Shown here piece by piece: positions 1-13,144 of a DNA stretch of 64,000 nucleotides. The number at the start of each line of letters is the position of its first letter. The first letter of the stretch is position 1. This DNA comes from Chiloscyllium plagiosum. Its lineage: Eukaryota. The notes below the pieces were generated by a model. That model saw only the letters and a list, made by a program, of their open reading frames with translations, was not told the origin of the DNA and did no database searches. Position numbers and translations under genes: made by a program. Location of the stretch: contig NC_057719.1 of assembly GCF_004010195.1 (NCBI RefSeq), forward strand, positions 38,558,401 through 38,622,400, in the 5' to 3' direction.

Positions 1-83
1 TGGATGCTGCCTGAACTGCTGTGCTCTTCCAGCACCACTAATCCAGAATCTGGTTTCCAGCATCTGCAGTCATTGTTTTTACC
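1..83 (+). mobile_element. Penelope-like element pseudo-LTR 3' fragment (truncated by window edge)
   Basis: Reverse complement of the pLTR arms at 22982-23065 and 63821-63905 (ggatgctgcctgaactgctgtgctcttccagcacc...gtcattgtttttacc). Confidence 0.8.
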
Positions 84-812
84 CCATATCCCTCCAAACC
101 CTTCCTATTCATATACCCATCCAAATGGCTCTTAAATGTTGCAATTGTACCAGCCTCCACCACTTCCTCTGGCAGCTCATTCCATACACGTACCACCTTC
201 TGCGTGAAAAAGTTGCCCCTCTTTTTTATCTTTCCCCTCTCACCCTAAACCTATGCCCTCTAGTTCTGGACTCCCGATTCCAGGGAAAAGACTTTGCCAA
301 TTTACCCTATCCACGCCCCTCATGATTTTGTAAACGTCTATAAGGTCACCCCTCAGCCTCAGACGCTCCAGGGAAAACAACCCCAGCCTGTTCAGCCTCT
401 TCCTATAGCTCAAATCCTCCAACCATAGCAACACCCTTGTAAATCTTTACCGAATCCTTTCAAGTTTCACATCTTTCTGACAGGAAGGAGACCAGAATTG
501 CACGCAACAGTGGCCTAACCAATGTCCTGCACAGCTGCAACATAACATCCCAACTCCTGTACTCAATACTCTGACCAATAAAGGAAAGCATACCTGTATT
601 CCATGAGATCTAACCTTGCTAAATCAGTCCCCCATGGGGAACCTTGTCGAACACCTTACTGAAGTCCACATAGATCACATCTACCGCTCTGCCCTCATCA
701 ATCCTCTTTGTTACTTCCTCAAAAAAACTCAATCAAGTTTGAGAGACATGATTTCCCACGCACAAAGCCATGTTGACAATCCCTAATCAGTCCTTGCCTT
801 TCCAAATACATG
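84..812 (-). mobile_element. CR1 LINE (HER1-like) 3' fragment with internal deletion
   Basis: ORF 240..434 LEDLSYRKRLNRLGLFSLERLRLRGDLIDVYKIMRG is the CR1 ORF2 C-terminal motif; near-identical to other copies in the window. Confidence 0.9.
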
Positions 813-814
813 TC

Positions 815-1905
815 AAGGCAGATGAATGGGTGATTGGAAAGATGGCGCAGGAGTAACAGCATCAGAGTCCTAGACATTGGATAATCTCTGGAAAAGAACA
901 GAGCTGGGACTGAGGAACTTATGGGGTGTTTTGGTAATGCTGGTGGGAGAGCTATAATGTAATTTGGCAGGTGTGGAAACCAAGAGATGATATTAGAGAG
1001 AAATATTGAGGTTCACAAAAGACTTGGAGAGATACATTATCAAAATAGAAAATACTAATTTAATATGTGGAGTTGGAGTATGGGAGAAAGTAAAGTAGCT
1101 TAAATCAGGGTTATTACGCCTGTGAGTGAATGAAGTATAGTTAACAAGGTTGGAGATTTACAGGCACAGATTGCCATTGAAAATACGATTTTGTGGTGAA
1201 ACAGAGGCCTGGCTCAAAGAATGGCAGAATCGGGTGTTAAATATGCCTAGGGATAAGGTATTCAGAGAGAAGCAAATAGAAAGGAAGGAAAGGAGGAGGG
1301 GTGGTAGGATTGGTTAACGAGCACATTGTAGGGCTGGAGGAAGAGGTTACCCTTGGAGGGTTCAAAGACAGAATCTTGGCTAGATCCAAGGATAGAGGAG
1401 GGTGCAATTACATTGCTCAGCGTAGTCTAAATACTGCCAACTAGTGGAAATGTTGCAGAGGAACAAATTTGCAGGGAAATTACTGAGAGATGCCATCATT
1501 ATACAGCAGTTACGTTGGAAACCTTAGCTATCCAAATACAGATTGGGAGTTGGGTTATGAAGGGCTAATGTCCCTAGGTTGTGTTCAGGTGAATTTCTGG
1601 CCGCAGTCATAGTCTAGTTCAACATGAAAAGATGCTCTATTGGACCTGGTTCTTGAAAATGATAAATGATAAAAGTGGATAAATTTTAGTGGGTTAGCAT
1701 TTAGGAATCTGTGATTAATGTACCATAAGGTTTAGAATGATGAAGACAGACAATTCAATGGGACAAGAACAAAGTTGAGGTTGCATAAACTAACAAAAAT
1801 GTAGGTGGGAGAAACTGTAACTGAGTAATGGACTATCTTCTAAAAAGTGTTAATTTAGGTATTTTCCCTTAAAAATGATCAACAATCAATTCTGAGCTGC
1901 CTGGA
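815..1905 (+). mobile_element. Degraded CR1 LINE, ORF1 end and APE endonuclease region
   Basis: Broken frames read SIVNKVGDLQAQIA.../E.WLKE near 1135-1220 and LLDLVL near 1636, typical of the CR1 endonuclease. Confidence 0.6.
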
Positions 1906-1907
1906 TA

Positions 1908-3400
1908 AGAGACACAGACCCATACAGCATGGGAACAGATCCATTGGTCCAACTCATTCATGTCCACCAGGAAACCTAAACAACTAGTCCCATTTGCCTA
2001 TGCTTGGCCCATCTCTCTCTAAACCTTTCCTTTTACATGTTGTAACTGTATCTGTGTTAACCACTTCCTCTGGCAGTCCACTCCATCTAGAAACAACCCT
2101 CTGCGTGAAAAAGTTACCCATCAGGTCCCTTTTCAACCTTCCCTGTCTCACCCTAAAAATGTGCCCTCTAGTTTTAGACCCCTCTATCCTTGGAGAAAAC
2201 CTTGGCTATTCACCTTATCGATGCCTCTCGTAATTATATAAACTTCTATAAGGTCATCCCTCGGCCTCCAACGCTCCTGAGAAAAAGTCTCAGCTGCTCC
2301 AGTCTCTCCTTATAACGTAAACCTCCTAGTCCAGGTAGGATCCAAATAAATCTTTTCTGCACTCTTTCTGTTTAACATTATCCTTCCTGCAGTAAGGCCG
2401 CCAGACCTGTATGCGGTACTCCAAATATGTCCTCACCAACATCTTTGACAGCTGCAACAAAACATCCAAAATCCTAAAGTCAATGTCCTAACCAATTAAG
2501 ACCAGGCATACCAAATGCTTTTTTTCCTCCCCTGTCGACCTCAGTCACCCATCTCTTGTGGCTCGGCATCGAAACAACCTTGTTGATCTTTAAGAGGGTC
2601 TATTCTCTCCCTAGTTGCACTTTTCCCCTTCATGTGCTTGTACAATCCCTTTGAGTTCTCGTTTACCTTATCTGCCAAAGCCAGCTCATGTCCCGTTTTA
2701 GCACTCCTTACTTTTCTTGTGCACTGTGACAGCCTTTATACTCAAGGAATTCACAATCCCAGGTGCATATATATCATATGCCTCCTTCTTCTTGACCAGG
2801 TTCTCAGTAACTCTAGACATCTAGGGGTCCCCCCTCCTGCCAATCTTAACCTTCACTCTAACAGGAACATACTGACCCTGAACCCTCCTTAACTCACTTT
2901 TGAACGCCTCCCACTTACTAGACGTCCCTTTGCCTGAGAACAGCCTCCCTCAAACAACTTTTGAAAGTTCCTAAGAACATCAAAATTGGCCTTTTCCCAA
3001 TTTAGAACATCAATTTGTCTTCTATTATGAAAATTTATTCAAAATACCTATTCAGTTCCTTCACCATTTCTTTGCTCCTCATTGCTACTGGTCCAGCTTC
3101 ATTTTCTAGCAGTCCAATGTCCACTTGCGCCTCTCTCATCATTTAAAATTTAAAACAAACTCTTGCAATCTTACTTTATATCACTAGCTAGCTTCCTCTC
3201 AGAATCTATCTTCTCCCCCCTTATTGTTTTTTTTTCAATTATCCACTGCTGATTTTTACAGGTTCTCCAATTCTCCAACTTCCCACTAAGCTTCACCATG
3301 TTTTTTCTTTTGCTCTAATGCTGTCCCTGAGCTCCCTTGTCAGCTATGGTTGCCTCATCCTGCCCCAAGTATGCTTCTTCTGCTTCTTGGGATGAATTTT
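1908..3400 (-). mobile_element. CR1 LINE fragments
   Basis: Reverse-complement CR1 3' end (catacagcatgggaacagatcc...) and ORF2 remnants similar to the 15897 and 34622 copies. Confidence 0.7.
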
Positions 3401-3402
3401 TG

Positions 3403-4930
3403 AAAAGGATAAGCCCAGCAACAGACCCGCCAGGTACATTTCAGTGGTGGGTAAGTTAATAGTAACAATTATTCAGGATAAAATTGTCAATTTGGAGGAA
3501 GATAGGTTGCTAAGGTAATGCTGTTGATGTAATGTACATGGATGGCCAAAATACATTCAATATAGTACTGAACAAAAGACCTGGGAGAAACTTTACAGCC
3601 CACAGATTAAAAGGGATAATAGCAACGTAGATATATAATTGGCTGAAGGATAGCAAACACAATAGTTGTCAATCAATATTTTTCAGGCTGGCAGAAGGTT
3701 TGAACTGGAGTTACTGGGTGGTTGGTATTGGGACCCTTGATTCTCATGATCTAGATCTTTGTGTGCAGGGGATAATTTCAAAGTTTGAGGATAATCTGGA
3801 ACTTGGAAGCATTGCAAGCTGTAAGGCAGACAGTGTAGCACTTCAAAAAGACACACAAATTGGAGGAGTGAGTGGGAGATGAAGTTCAATTCAGAAAAGT
3901 GAACAAGGTTGATTTAAGGAAGAACACGGGCAGACAATAAAAAATGGATTATAATTCTAAAGGGCCGTAGGAGTAGAGGGACCCAGGTGCAGATATGCAT
4001 AGGTCATTTAAGATGGCAGGACAGGTGGCGAAAAACAATTAACAAAGCATAGTGTCCTCAGCATTATTAATAGGGGCACAAAGTACAAGAAAAAGGAGGT
4101 TATGCTGAATAAGACACCTGTTAGACATCAAGTGTAGTCCGGTGTACAGTTCTGGATGCCAGACTTATGAAGGCTATGAATGTACTGCGGATAAAGCACA
4201 GAAGAGATTTTCAAGAATAATATTAGGGATGTTAACCTTCAGTTATTTGGGTGGGTTAGAGAGCTTGATACTGTTCTGTTTGGAGAGAAGGTGGCTTTTA
4301 TTTTTTAATTCATTCATTGGATGTGATAGTTATTGGCTGGCCAGCATTTCTTGCCTGTCCACTGTTGACTTCGAGAAAGCGGTGGTGAACTGCTGCAGTC
4401 CATATGCTCAAGGTTGGCCCACGTACCATTAGAAGGGATTCCAGGATTTTGACCCAGCCACAGTGAAGCAACGGAAATATCTTTCCAATTCAAGATGTCA
4501 GTGGCTTGGAGGGGAATTTGCAGGTGGTGGTGTTCCCATGTAAAGAAAAGTTATGACAGAAAGGTTTAAGATCATGAGGGCTAGATAGAGTAGATAAGCA
4601 GCAACTGTTTCTGTTTGTAAAAAAATCAAGAATGAGGGGGCATAGATTTCAAGTAACTTACAAAAGGAAGCAAATAGGATATGAGGATAAACAACTTTTT
4701 CACATTGAGTAGATTGGGTCTGTAAGGCACTGTCTGGAACTGCAGTGGAGGCAAGTTCATTTTGGATACTCAAGAGGGCCTTAGAGATTAAAATAAACGT
4801 GCCAAGGTAAAAAGGCAGAAAAATTGCACCAAGTTATAATGCTCATTTGGAAGGCCAGTGCAGACAGGATGGACTGAATGGCCTCCCTCTGTGATTTAAC
4901 TCTTATGATTTAACTCTTATGATTCTATTA
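3403..4930 (+). mobile_element. Older CR1 LINE RT/3' end, interrupted at ~4297-4540 by an inverted L2/CR1-type 3' end
   Basis: RT remnants (ISKFEDN for SKFADD; LFCLERR) and a terminal (gatttaactcttat)2 gattctat tail. Confidence 0.65.
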
Positions 4931-5587
4931 CTAACGTTATTTATTTTGATTCCCATAAATTTCTTGCAGTTTTGAAAGGAATAAACATTTTTCCACAATA
5001 GCTAGAGCTATTACAAAGAAAATATTCAAGTTAACAAATCTGATTGTATAATTGTCAATTTAAATTGGTTGAGTTCGTTTTCAAGCCTCAAGAGTTAAAG
5101 TTAGAAGAAATAAATGGCAATTTGCAGTGCCACAACTATTCCTTTTCTACAGAAAATGAGATAACACACTACTTATAATGGCAGGTTAGTAATACAGAAT
5201 GCATAACATGCTGGTATGGTAAAGTTGTGTCCTTCTATGGCCTCAAGTCGCACAACCACTAACGATATGTAGCCAGTTGGGAATCCAGGTGAGACTGTTT
5301 GCATGCTTTATCAATCCATTAAAAATAGGACGCACTAATGTAAAGCATGTGATCTCCATGCTCATACTTGGATGGGCAGTGCACAAGCACTTCAGCCTTT
5401 TCATGTGATTGTTCATGAAATGATCAACAACAACAAAAAAGCAATGTGCGAATAGGTTTGATTATGTGCACACTATTTCCTTGGCTACTGCTTGCTGGTT
5501 ATCTGCTAAAACATTTAACATTTGACCCATTTAGCCCCATAACCATTCTAGAAAAACTGCCCTTTAAAGCCAGTTTATCCCATGTGA

Positions 5588-5702
5588 GGGCAGCTCTTGT
5601 GGTGCTGTGGTAGTGCCAGTAACTTTGGGCCAGAAGGTCAGATTCAAGTCCCACCTGCTCCAGTGGTCTGTCAATATATCTGAGCAGGTTGTTTAAAATA
5701 CC
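5588..5702 (+). mobile_element. Short tRNA-derived SINE (related copies at 7739-7815 +, 9175-9281 -, 59560-59677 +)
   Basis: A-box-like gtggtgctgtggtag and B-box-like gattcaagtcc; four mutually similar ~80-115 bp copies in the window. Confidence 0.6.
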
Positions 5703-6225
5703 TACCTGTGCAGTGTGGTGACCAGAAGTGAACACAGTACATCAGGTGCATTCCAAACAGTGCTTTACACAACTGTGGTGTGACCTTTCCACCTTTGTAT
5801 TACAGTTTGCTTGAGATAAAGGCCCACATTTCATTCGTGTTTCTTTCCCCAACCGTTGGGTAGCTTTTACCAGTTTTTGTACATGGGCCACTAAATCTTG
5901 TTAAGCTCTCCATTGTCAGTTTAATCCAAGCAAAAGGGATAGAAAAATGTAAAGAACCATTCCCATTAGATAAGACTTCAGAAGACTAGACCTTTAAGCT
6001 GATTCCGCCATTCAGCAGGATCATGGCTGATATGGTCGTGGTTTCAGCTACACTTTCCTATCCACCCTAATAACCTTCAATTCTCTGGTCTATGAAAAAT
6101 CTAACTCAATTGGCCTTGAACTGATTTAAAGAACCAGCCTCTACTACAAACTAGGAATTACACATACGTACACAACCTTTTGAAGGAAAAATAACCTGCC
6201 ATTATTCAATTATAATCCATCACTA

Positions 6226-6555
6226 AGGGCAGCATGGTGACTCAATGGTTTGTACTGCTACCTCACAGCCCTAGGAACCCAGGTTCAATTTGTTCTTTGG
6301 GCGACATTATGGAGTTTGCACATTCTCCCCTTGTCTTCATGGGTGTACTCTGGGTTCTCCTGTTTTCTCCCAGTCACAAAGATGTGGGAATTAGGTGGAT
6401 TGGCCATGCAAAATTGTCCATAGTGTCCAGAGATGTGTAGGCTAGGTGGATTAGCCATGGGAAATGCAGGGTTACAGGGAAAGGGTAAGGGTGGGTCAAT
6501 GTGGATTGATGGGCTAATTGGCCTGCTTCCACATTATAGGGATTCTATGATTCTA
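6226..6555 (+). mobile_element. V-SINE (HE1-like): tRNA head, V domain, CR1-type tail
   Basis: Head ggcagcatggtgactcaatgg...ggttcaatt, V-domain ggagtttgcacattctcccc, tail gattctatgattcta. Confidence 0.8.
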
Positions 6556-7890
6556 AGGAGCAACCTCATATTCTTAAACTATATCCCTTACATTTAGTCT
6601 CTCCACAACAAGAAAAGTCCACCTGACATTCAGCTTATCCAGTCACTCCTCCCCCCCCAAACATTTTACATGTTTCAATAAGGTCACCCACCATTCTTCT
6701 AAATTACATGCGTAAGTGCCCAGAAAGTTAGATGCATGCTTAACTTTTCGTAAATTAATTTGTAATTCCATTATAGATTGTGAATTAATTGAATCTTTAC
6801 TCCAAAAATCTGTTTCTTAAAGAGCATTGTATATGCATATGTTGTACAATGACTTGCATAAAAACATGGACATTATGGATACAGCTTCTGAAAGCTGCAC
6901 TCCTGATTATATGAGTTTGCGCCTCAGAGATAGAGAACTACAACAGACCATAGGTACAAGAGAACTATACTGCTATTGTGTAAAACAATACATACACAGA
7001 GGACCTCAAGGGCAGATTCTTTACAGCAATTTCCGCAAAGGAAGCACATGGATCTTAAAAACCATTTAATCAACCTGTGACTCAATCAGCGGTCAATCAA
7101 GCCAATACTGTCCCAAACTTCATTTGGTGAACAGGAAGGAACAACCAAGCACTTTCAGACACTCAATTCCCTCTTTTGTTGACAGCAGCTGGCCAGATTT
7201 AGGAAGCCAGTCTGATAGAAAGAACTTTGTGCCCAGAGGAAGTGTGTGTCTAGGGGTGTTCCTTTTGTAAACAGAAACAGTGAACTGCCTGAATTGTTGT
7301 AAGAATGTAACCTCAAAAAGAACTACTGTACACATCAATGTGCTTCTGCCAAAGCCAAATATGTACACAGCTGACACTTACTAGTTACTCATCATTCACT
7401 GATATCAACTTAGACCCATACATGGTCACACCTCATTAGTTACACAAGGCATAGAACAGCTTAATGCTCACTTCAATTTCCTCAATTATTCTATCTTGAG
7501 TAAGAGTTTCATAAGTTGATGGGTAGAGTTTATCCTGAAGTTTGTCTAAAGTGGTAAAAACTTTATGCAGTATCTTCTATGGTTTTAGTATTACCCAAAA
7601 GGATCAATTAAAAGATCGTCACTCTTGTCATGTGGACAAATACAACACCCAGTTTATGCACAGCAATGTCCTTCAAACTGACATTAGATAAACAACCAAT
7701 TAATCTATTTGAATGAGATGGTCAAGAAGAAAACACTTAGGCTCTCTTGTGGTACAGTGGTAGTGCCCCTACTCTGGACCGGGAATCCTGGGTTCAAGTC
7801 TCACCTACACCAGAACATTAAACTGTTCTATGTCCTATCTAACTAATGAGATGTGACCATGTACGGAACTAAGTTGATATCAGTGAATAA

Positions 7891-8010
7891 TGGAGAAAGG
7901 GTGAACAGCAGAGGCTGGAGAGTCAGTCACTGGAAAAAGCACAGCAGGTCAGGCAGCATCACAGGAGCAGGAGAGTCGACATTTTGTGCAGGACCCTTCA
8001 TTAGGGCTGG
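7891..8010 (-). mobile_element. PLE pLTR fragment with degenerate hammerhead motif
   Basis: Minus strand reads cctaatgaagggtcctgcacaaaatgtcgac followed by the pLTR body. Confidence 0.65.
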
Positions 8011-8030
8011 CAGGTGATCTTATTGAGACA

Positions 8031-8438
8031 AAAAAAAACTGCAGATGCTGAATCCAAGGTAGACAACAGGAGGCTGGGAGAACACAGCAAGCCGGGAGAA
8101 CACAGCAAGCCAGGCAGCATTGAAACATGGAGAAGTCAACATTTCGGGTTTAACCCTTCTTCAAGACTGGAGCTGGGTGTAAGGGGAGCCACAGATAAAG
8201 GGAGTGAGAGCGGGTTGGTGAGGCAGGGTAGGTGCAGATAGACGGAGGGTACGAACTGGTTGGTCGATGGGAGGGATGAATCCAGTAGGTGACTAGAAGG
8301 GGAAGGGGAAGGGGAAGTTATTTGAAATTGGAGAACTCAAAATATTGAGTCCTGCATGCTGTAGGCTGCCCAAGCGAAGGATGAGGTGTTGTTCCTCTGT
8401 TTTGCAGTTAGATTTGTTTGGCAATGGAGGCGGCCAAG
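8031..8438 (-). mobile_element. PLE 3' end (endonuclease C-terminus + pLTR) with 18-bp TSD
   Basis: Flanks ggtgatcttattgagaca (8013-8030) and ggtaatcttattaagaca (8439-8456). Hammerhead-like ttgaagaa-gggt-taa-accc-gaaatgtt. Similar to 45620-45750. Confidence 0.7.
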
Positions 8439-8584
8439 GGTAATCTTATTAAGACATGCAATATTCTTAGGGGATGAACAGATTGATTAGAGGGAAAACA
8501 AAACACTTGGTCAGAACAGGTTCAAAGTCCCTTGCTCCTTCTTGATAAATAAAATGGCAGCTTTTACATCATTCCGAACAGGCA

Positions 8585-8883
8585 TGATTTGGAGATGCTG
8601 GTGTTGGACAAGGGTATACAAAGTTAAAAATCACAACACCAGGTTATAGTCCAACAGGTTTAATTGGAAGCACACTAACTATCATGGTATTCAAACAGAT
8701 GAAAGACTCAACAGACAATCAAGGTATTTTTCAATGTATAATTTCAGTTACACCACACTTTAAATTTTTGCTATAAATTCTGTGCCTTAGGATTGAGTGC
8801 TCCACTATCACCTGATGGAGCATCGCTCCGAAAGCTAGTGTGCTGCCAATTAAACCTGTTGGACTATAACCTGGTATTGTATG
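8585..8883. mobile_element. Fold-back PLE mini-element with 14-bp TSD
   Basis: Inverted arms ~8628-8677 and ~8836-8886; TSD attccgaacaggca (8571-8584) / attccgatcaggca (8884-8897). Confidence 0.8.
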
Positions 8884-9404
8884 ATTCCGATCAGGCAGAT
8901 ATCCTCTTGTATCATCTTTCTGTAAACTGCATCCTCTGCCAGTGTATGCGCGCCCTCAAGCAAGACATGATTTGATGTGACTAGCCTATAGAATTAAAAA
9001 GAGCAAATACTCCCAAAGTATTCCAACAATATATTCGCATATAAAACAGTAATTGCTGCTCCTGGAATTCGAAGAAATTGACTCCAACATCTAAACTAAC
9101 AAAAAAAAACAGCAGCTCTTACAGCCACAATTTTTTTCCCGTCCTCCATTTTGGATTACCCAAAATCCATCTCGTTAGTTAGACAAGACATAGAACAATT
9201 TAGTGTTCTGGAGCAAGTGAGACTTGAACCCAGGCTTCCCTATCTAGAGTAGGGGCTTTACCACTGTACCCCAAAAGGGCCTAATTGTTTTGTTTTGACC
9301 ATCTCACTAAAATGGAAAATTGATCATTTACCTAATGTTAATTTGAAGGACATTGTGTACAAACTGGGTGTTATGTTTGCCCACATGACAAGAGTGACTG
9401 GGTA

Positions 9405-9997
9405 AGAGTCTATGGAGTTGGGAGGTCATGTTGCGGCTGTACAGGACATTGGTTTGGCCACTTCTAGAATATTACGTGCAATTCTCATGTCCTTCCTATG
9501 TGAAACTTGAAAGGGCTCAGAAAAGGATTTACAAGGACGTTGCCACGGTTGGAGGATTTGAACTATAGGGAGAGGATGAAAAGGCTGGGGCTGTTTTCCC
9601 TGGAGCGTCAGAAGCTGACGAGTGACCTTATAGAGGTTTATAAAATCATGAGGGCATGGATAGGATTAATAGACAAGGTCTTTCCCTGGGGTGTGGGAGT
9701 CCAGAACTAGAGGGTATAGGTTTAGGGTAATAGGGGAAAGATTTAAAAAGAGACTGAAGGAGCAACTTTTTCACACAGGGGATAGTGTGTTTATGGAACG
9801 AGCTGCCAGAGGAAGTGGTGGAGGCTGGTACAACTACAGCATTTAAAAGACACCTGGAGAGGTATAGGAGTAGGAATGGTTTAGAGGGATATGGGCCAAG
9901 TGGGACAAGATTAGGTTAGGATATCTGGTTGGCATGGATGAGTTGGACTGAAGGGTCTGTTTCCATGCTGTACATCTCAATGATTCTATGACTCTAA
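9405..9997 (+). mobile_element. CR1 LINE (HER1-like) 3' end
   Basis: ORF 9507..9710 LEDLNYRERMKRLGLFSLERQKL; tail gattctatgactcta. Confidence 0.9.
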
Positions 9998-10951
9998 TAA
10001 ATATGCATAACCAAACAGATGGGCTTCAGAAATTTCTTAAATAAAAACATTACTTCCATTTGAAATTTCTCTGTATATACAAACAATAACAGTTCTTTTT
10101 TTTTCACAGAAGTCTCAAGATGTATTATCTAATCATCACTATTTCAATACTGAAATTGGTCCAAATCTCAAACAGAAATGCACATAGATGCCTTTGCACC
10201 CTCAGGAGATCACAAAGCATTTTTCAATAGATTAAATGAGTCTTGAAGGCAATCACTGCCTGTAAGCAAAAAGGCACACGTTTTGCATATAACAAGATCC
10301 CATGAATAGCAAATGAATAAATGGACCAAAAGTAGTTGTTTGGTAATATATTACTTAAGTATTGAAGAAACAGGCACATTTCTTGAAGCTTTTCATCGTG
10401 CACGCAAAGGAACAATGCGTAAGAATACCAATTCAGGGGGAAAAGAAAAATCAACATTTAGCATGCATGAGTGTATTTATTTTGACTTGGTAGAAGCATT
10501 CTCTTTGTGGCAAAAATCACGGTGTAACAGTGTGAACAGCTAGCTTTACCTATCACTCAACGTTTTGAGTGAATGTACCCTTACTCTGAAGGTAAACTTG
10601 GCAATTTTCAGGACCAAAAGTGCCTGCCTTAGAGCTTTCTGCGAGTTTGCTTAATACAGTACGAAATTATTTAAGGGTCACTGTTACTCTGCAGGATGGT
10701 TTTGATGCACCTTAATTCAGCATCAAGTTTATGCTGAGATGAGAGATATTAGGGACTGGGTTGTAACTTAGAGGGCATAGTAAGCTGGACCTGGTACAGG
10801 ATAGGATCTGAATACTCCAGTGTGTTCAGTTAAATAGTATGGCATTAATCTTTTTCTTTTCCCCAAAGTATCCAAATTAAACTAACTTCAAACTTGACTG
10901 ACAAGATACATTTTTAGATCACACCGTTGACTCACAATGCTAACGGAATTA

Positions 10952-11983
10952 AAGTTTGGGTGAAGATTTGTAGCTCGGGTGCTCGTTGTTGTGGTTCTGT
11001 TCGCCGAACTGGAAATTTTTGTTGCAAACGTTTCGTCCCCTGTCTAGGTGACAGCGTCAGTGCTTGGGAGCCTCCTGTGAAGCGCTTCTGTGGTGTTTCC
11101 TCCGGCATTTATAGTGGCCTGTCCCTGCTGTTTCCGGTTGTCAGTTTCAGCTGTCCGCTGTAGTGGCCGGTATATTGGGTCCAGGTCGATGTGTTTGTTG
11201 ATGGACTACATTCGTTTTGCTCATGTTGGGTATCGGGTCCTTCGTTCTGGTGAGTTGTTGTCTGAGCGTGGCTGTTGGTTTGTGTGCCGTTATGAGTCCT
11301 AGGGGTCGCAATAGTCTGGCTGCCAGTTCTGAGATGTTCCTGATGTATGGTAGTGTGGCTAGTCCTTTTGGTTGTGGTATGTCCTCGTTCCGTGGTCTTT
11401 CTCTTAGGCATCTGTTGTTGAAGTTGCGCGGGTATCCGTTTTTGGTGAATACCTTGTATAGGTGTTCCTCTTCTTCTTTTTTCAGTTCTGGTGTACTGCA
11501 GTGTGTTGTGGCCCTTTTGAATAGTGTCCTGATGCAGCTTCGTTTGTGTGTGTTGGGGTGGTTACTTTCATAGTTCAGGACTTGGTCTGTGTGTGTGGCT
11601 TTCCTGTATAGCTTTGTGGTGAATTCTCCGTTCGGTGTTCTCTGTACCATCACGTCTAGGAATGGGAGTTGGTTATCCTTTTCTTCTTCTCTCGTGAATC
11701 GGATTCCTGTTAGTGTGGCTAGCCACACTACCATACATCAGGAGCATGGCACTCATCCACAAACTCCATCAACAAACACATCGACCTGGACCCAATATAC
11801 CGGCCACTACAGCAGACAGCTGAAACTGACAACCGGAAGCGGCAGGAACAGGCCACTATAAATGCCGGAGGAAACACCACAGAAGCGCTTCACAGGAGGC
11901 TCCCAAGCACTGAGGATGTCACCTCGACAGGGGACGAAACGTTTGCAACAAAAATTTCCAGCTCGGCGAACAGAACCACAACA
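10952..11983 (-). mobile_element. Penelope-like element: RT fragment between inverted pLTRs, 13-bp TSD
   Basis: ORF 11147..11734 (GIRFTREEEKDNQLPFLDVMV...YRKATHTDQVLNYESNHP...KNGYP...LPYI) is PLE RT. Inverted arms ~10986-11207 and ~11755-11983. TSD gctaacggaatta (10939-10951) / gctaatggaatta (11984-11996). Confidence 0.92.
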
Positions 11984-13144
11984 GCTAATGGAATTAGCTG
12001 AAGGTGTTAAAGTTTTCATTCTGGAACTAAACTGCTTTTAGTCTCTTGAAATAATTCTGAATATCCTTTCAACCTTCACTATGAATATTTTTGCCTTGCA
12101 TGTACCTCATTGCTCCCGTCAATTTCCAAATGGGTCTCTCAAGTTAGCTTGCCAGGTTTGAAGCAAATGGACAATCTAAAAGACCCACTAAACAAGGCAA
12201 GCATAATCAGAAGCAGGAGGGACCAGCATCATAAAACTAGTTTTAATACTAAAACAGTATTAGGCTTGCATCAGCTTGAATGTACAGCCTCCTTTCTCTG
12301 ATCTCCCCTCCCCTCTCCAGACTAGTCGTGCTTCAGAACAATGCGTGACAGCTCTGAATTAATCATCATTGGGTTATTGACATGATTTCCATTGCAAAAT
12401 TCCAGGATCCTGAACCACAAATCTTCCTTTGAATTTGTAACAGCAATAGTACTTAGGCAACATTTCTCACTGTACTGGTGTAAACCACAAAATGCATTTC
12501 AGGAAACCACATTTGGTCGCCATTTCCCTTCACTGAAAATATCCTCTTCCTGACAGCATCCTGTAAGCATTCTCACCCTCTGCAGTGAATAATAATCTAT
12601 TAAGCCTAGGTTCTGTAACTAACACTAAAGATTTAGACATTTAAAAGGACATAAATAAAATGTTACTACATTTGGAAAGTTTTCTAGTATATACCATTGA
12701 ACACAACAGTAATGAGTTTCTAAAAAATGAAGTAATTATACAATCTAATTTCCAATGCATCGAGAATTGGGTCAAATAGATCGGCATTACTGTTCTTCCA
12801 AATTTCCACTATAATTAACACACGAAAGCAACTTTAGATCAATTCTTTTGTAAACAGTGCATTGCTCGCACAAAATTTCAAAACAAAAGTGTAGCTTTAC
12901 ATTAAGTGCTTAAATGATAGCAAATGTCATTATCCTCAATGTTAAGTTGTCATCACTTTAATTAAGAATCAAATTAAATTCTTAAAGCAAAATGTAAAAA
13001 TGTTTCAAATGGAAATTTGAGGAAAATGTATGTTAATAATATGATCCAAATGTTTGGATGCAATAGTGCTAAGGCATGGGTTCAAACATTCACCTATCTT
13101 TTTCCCTCTCAAGCATATTTCATACATTGTCCAAGTTAAACTTT

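Noticed and set aside
5588..9281. tRNA genes
   Set aside because: A/B boxes are present but no intact cloverleaf; these are diverged SINE heads.
10224..10480. Strong minus-strand acceptor (tttttgcttacag near 10261) with a nearby TGCATG, as a possible poison exon
   Set aside because: No clear donor and no expression evidence; such motifs are common in long introns.
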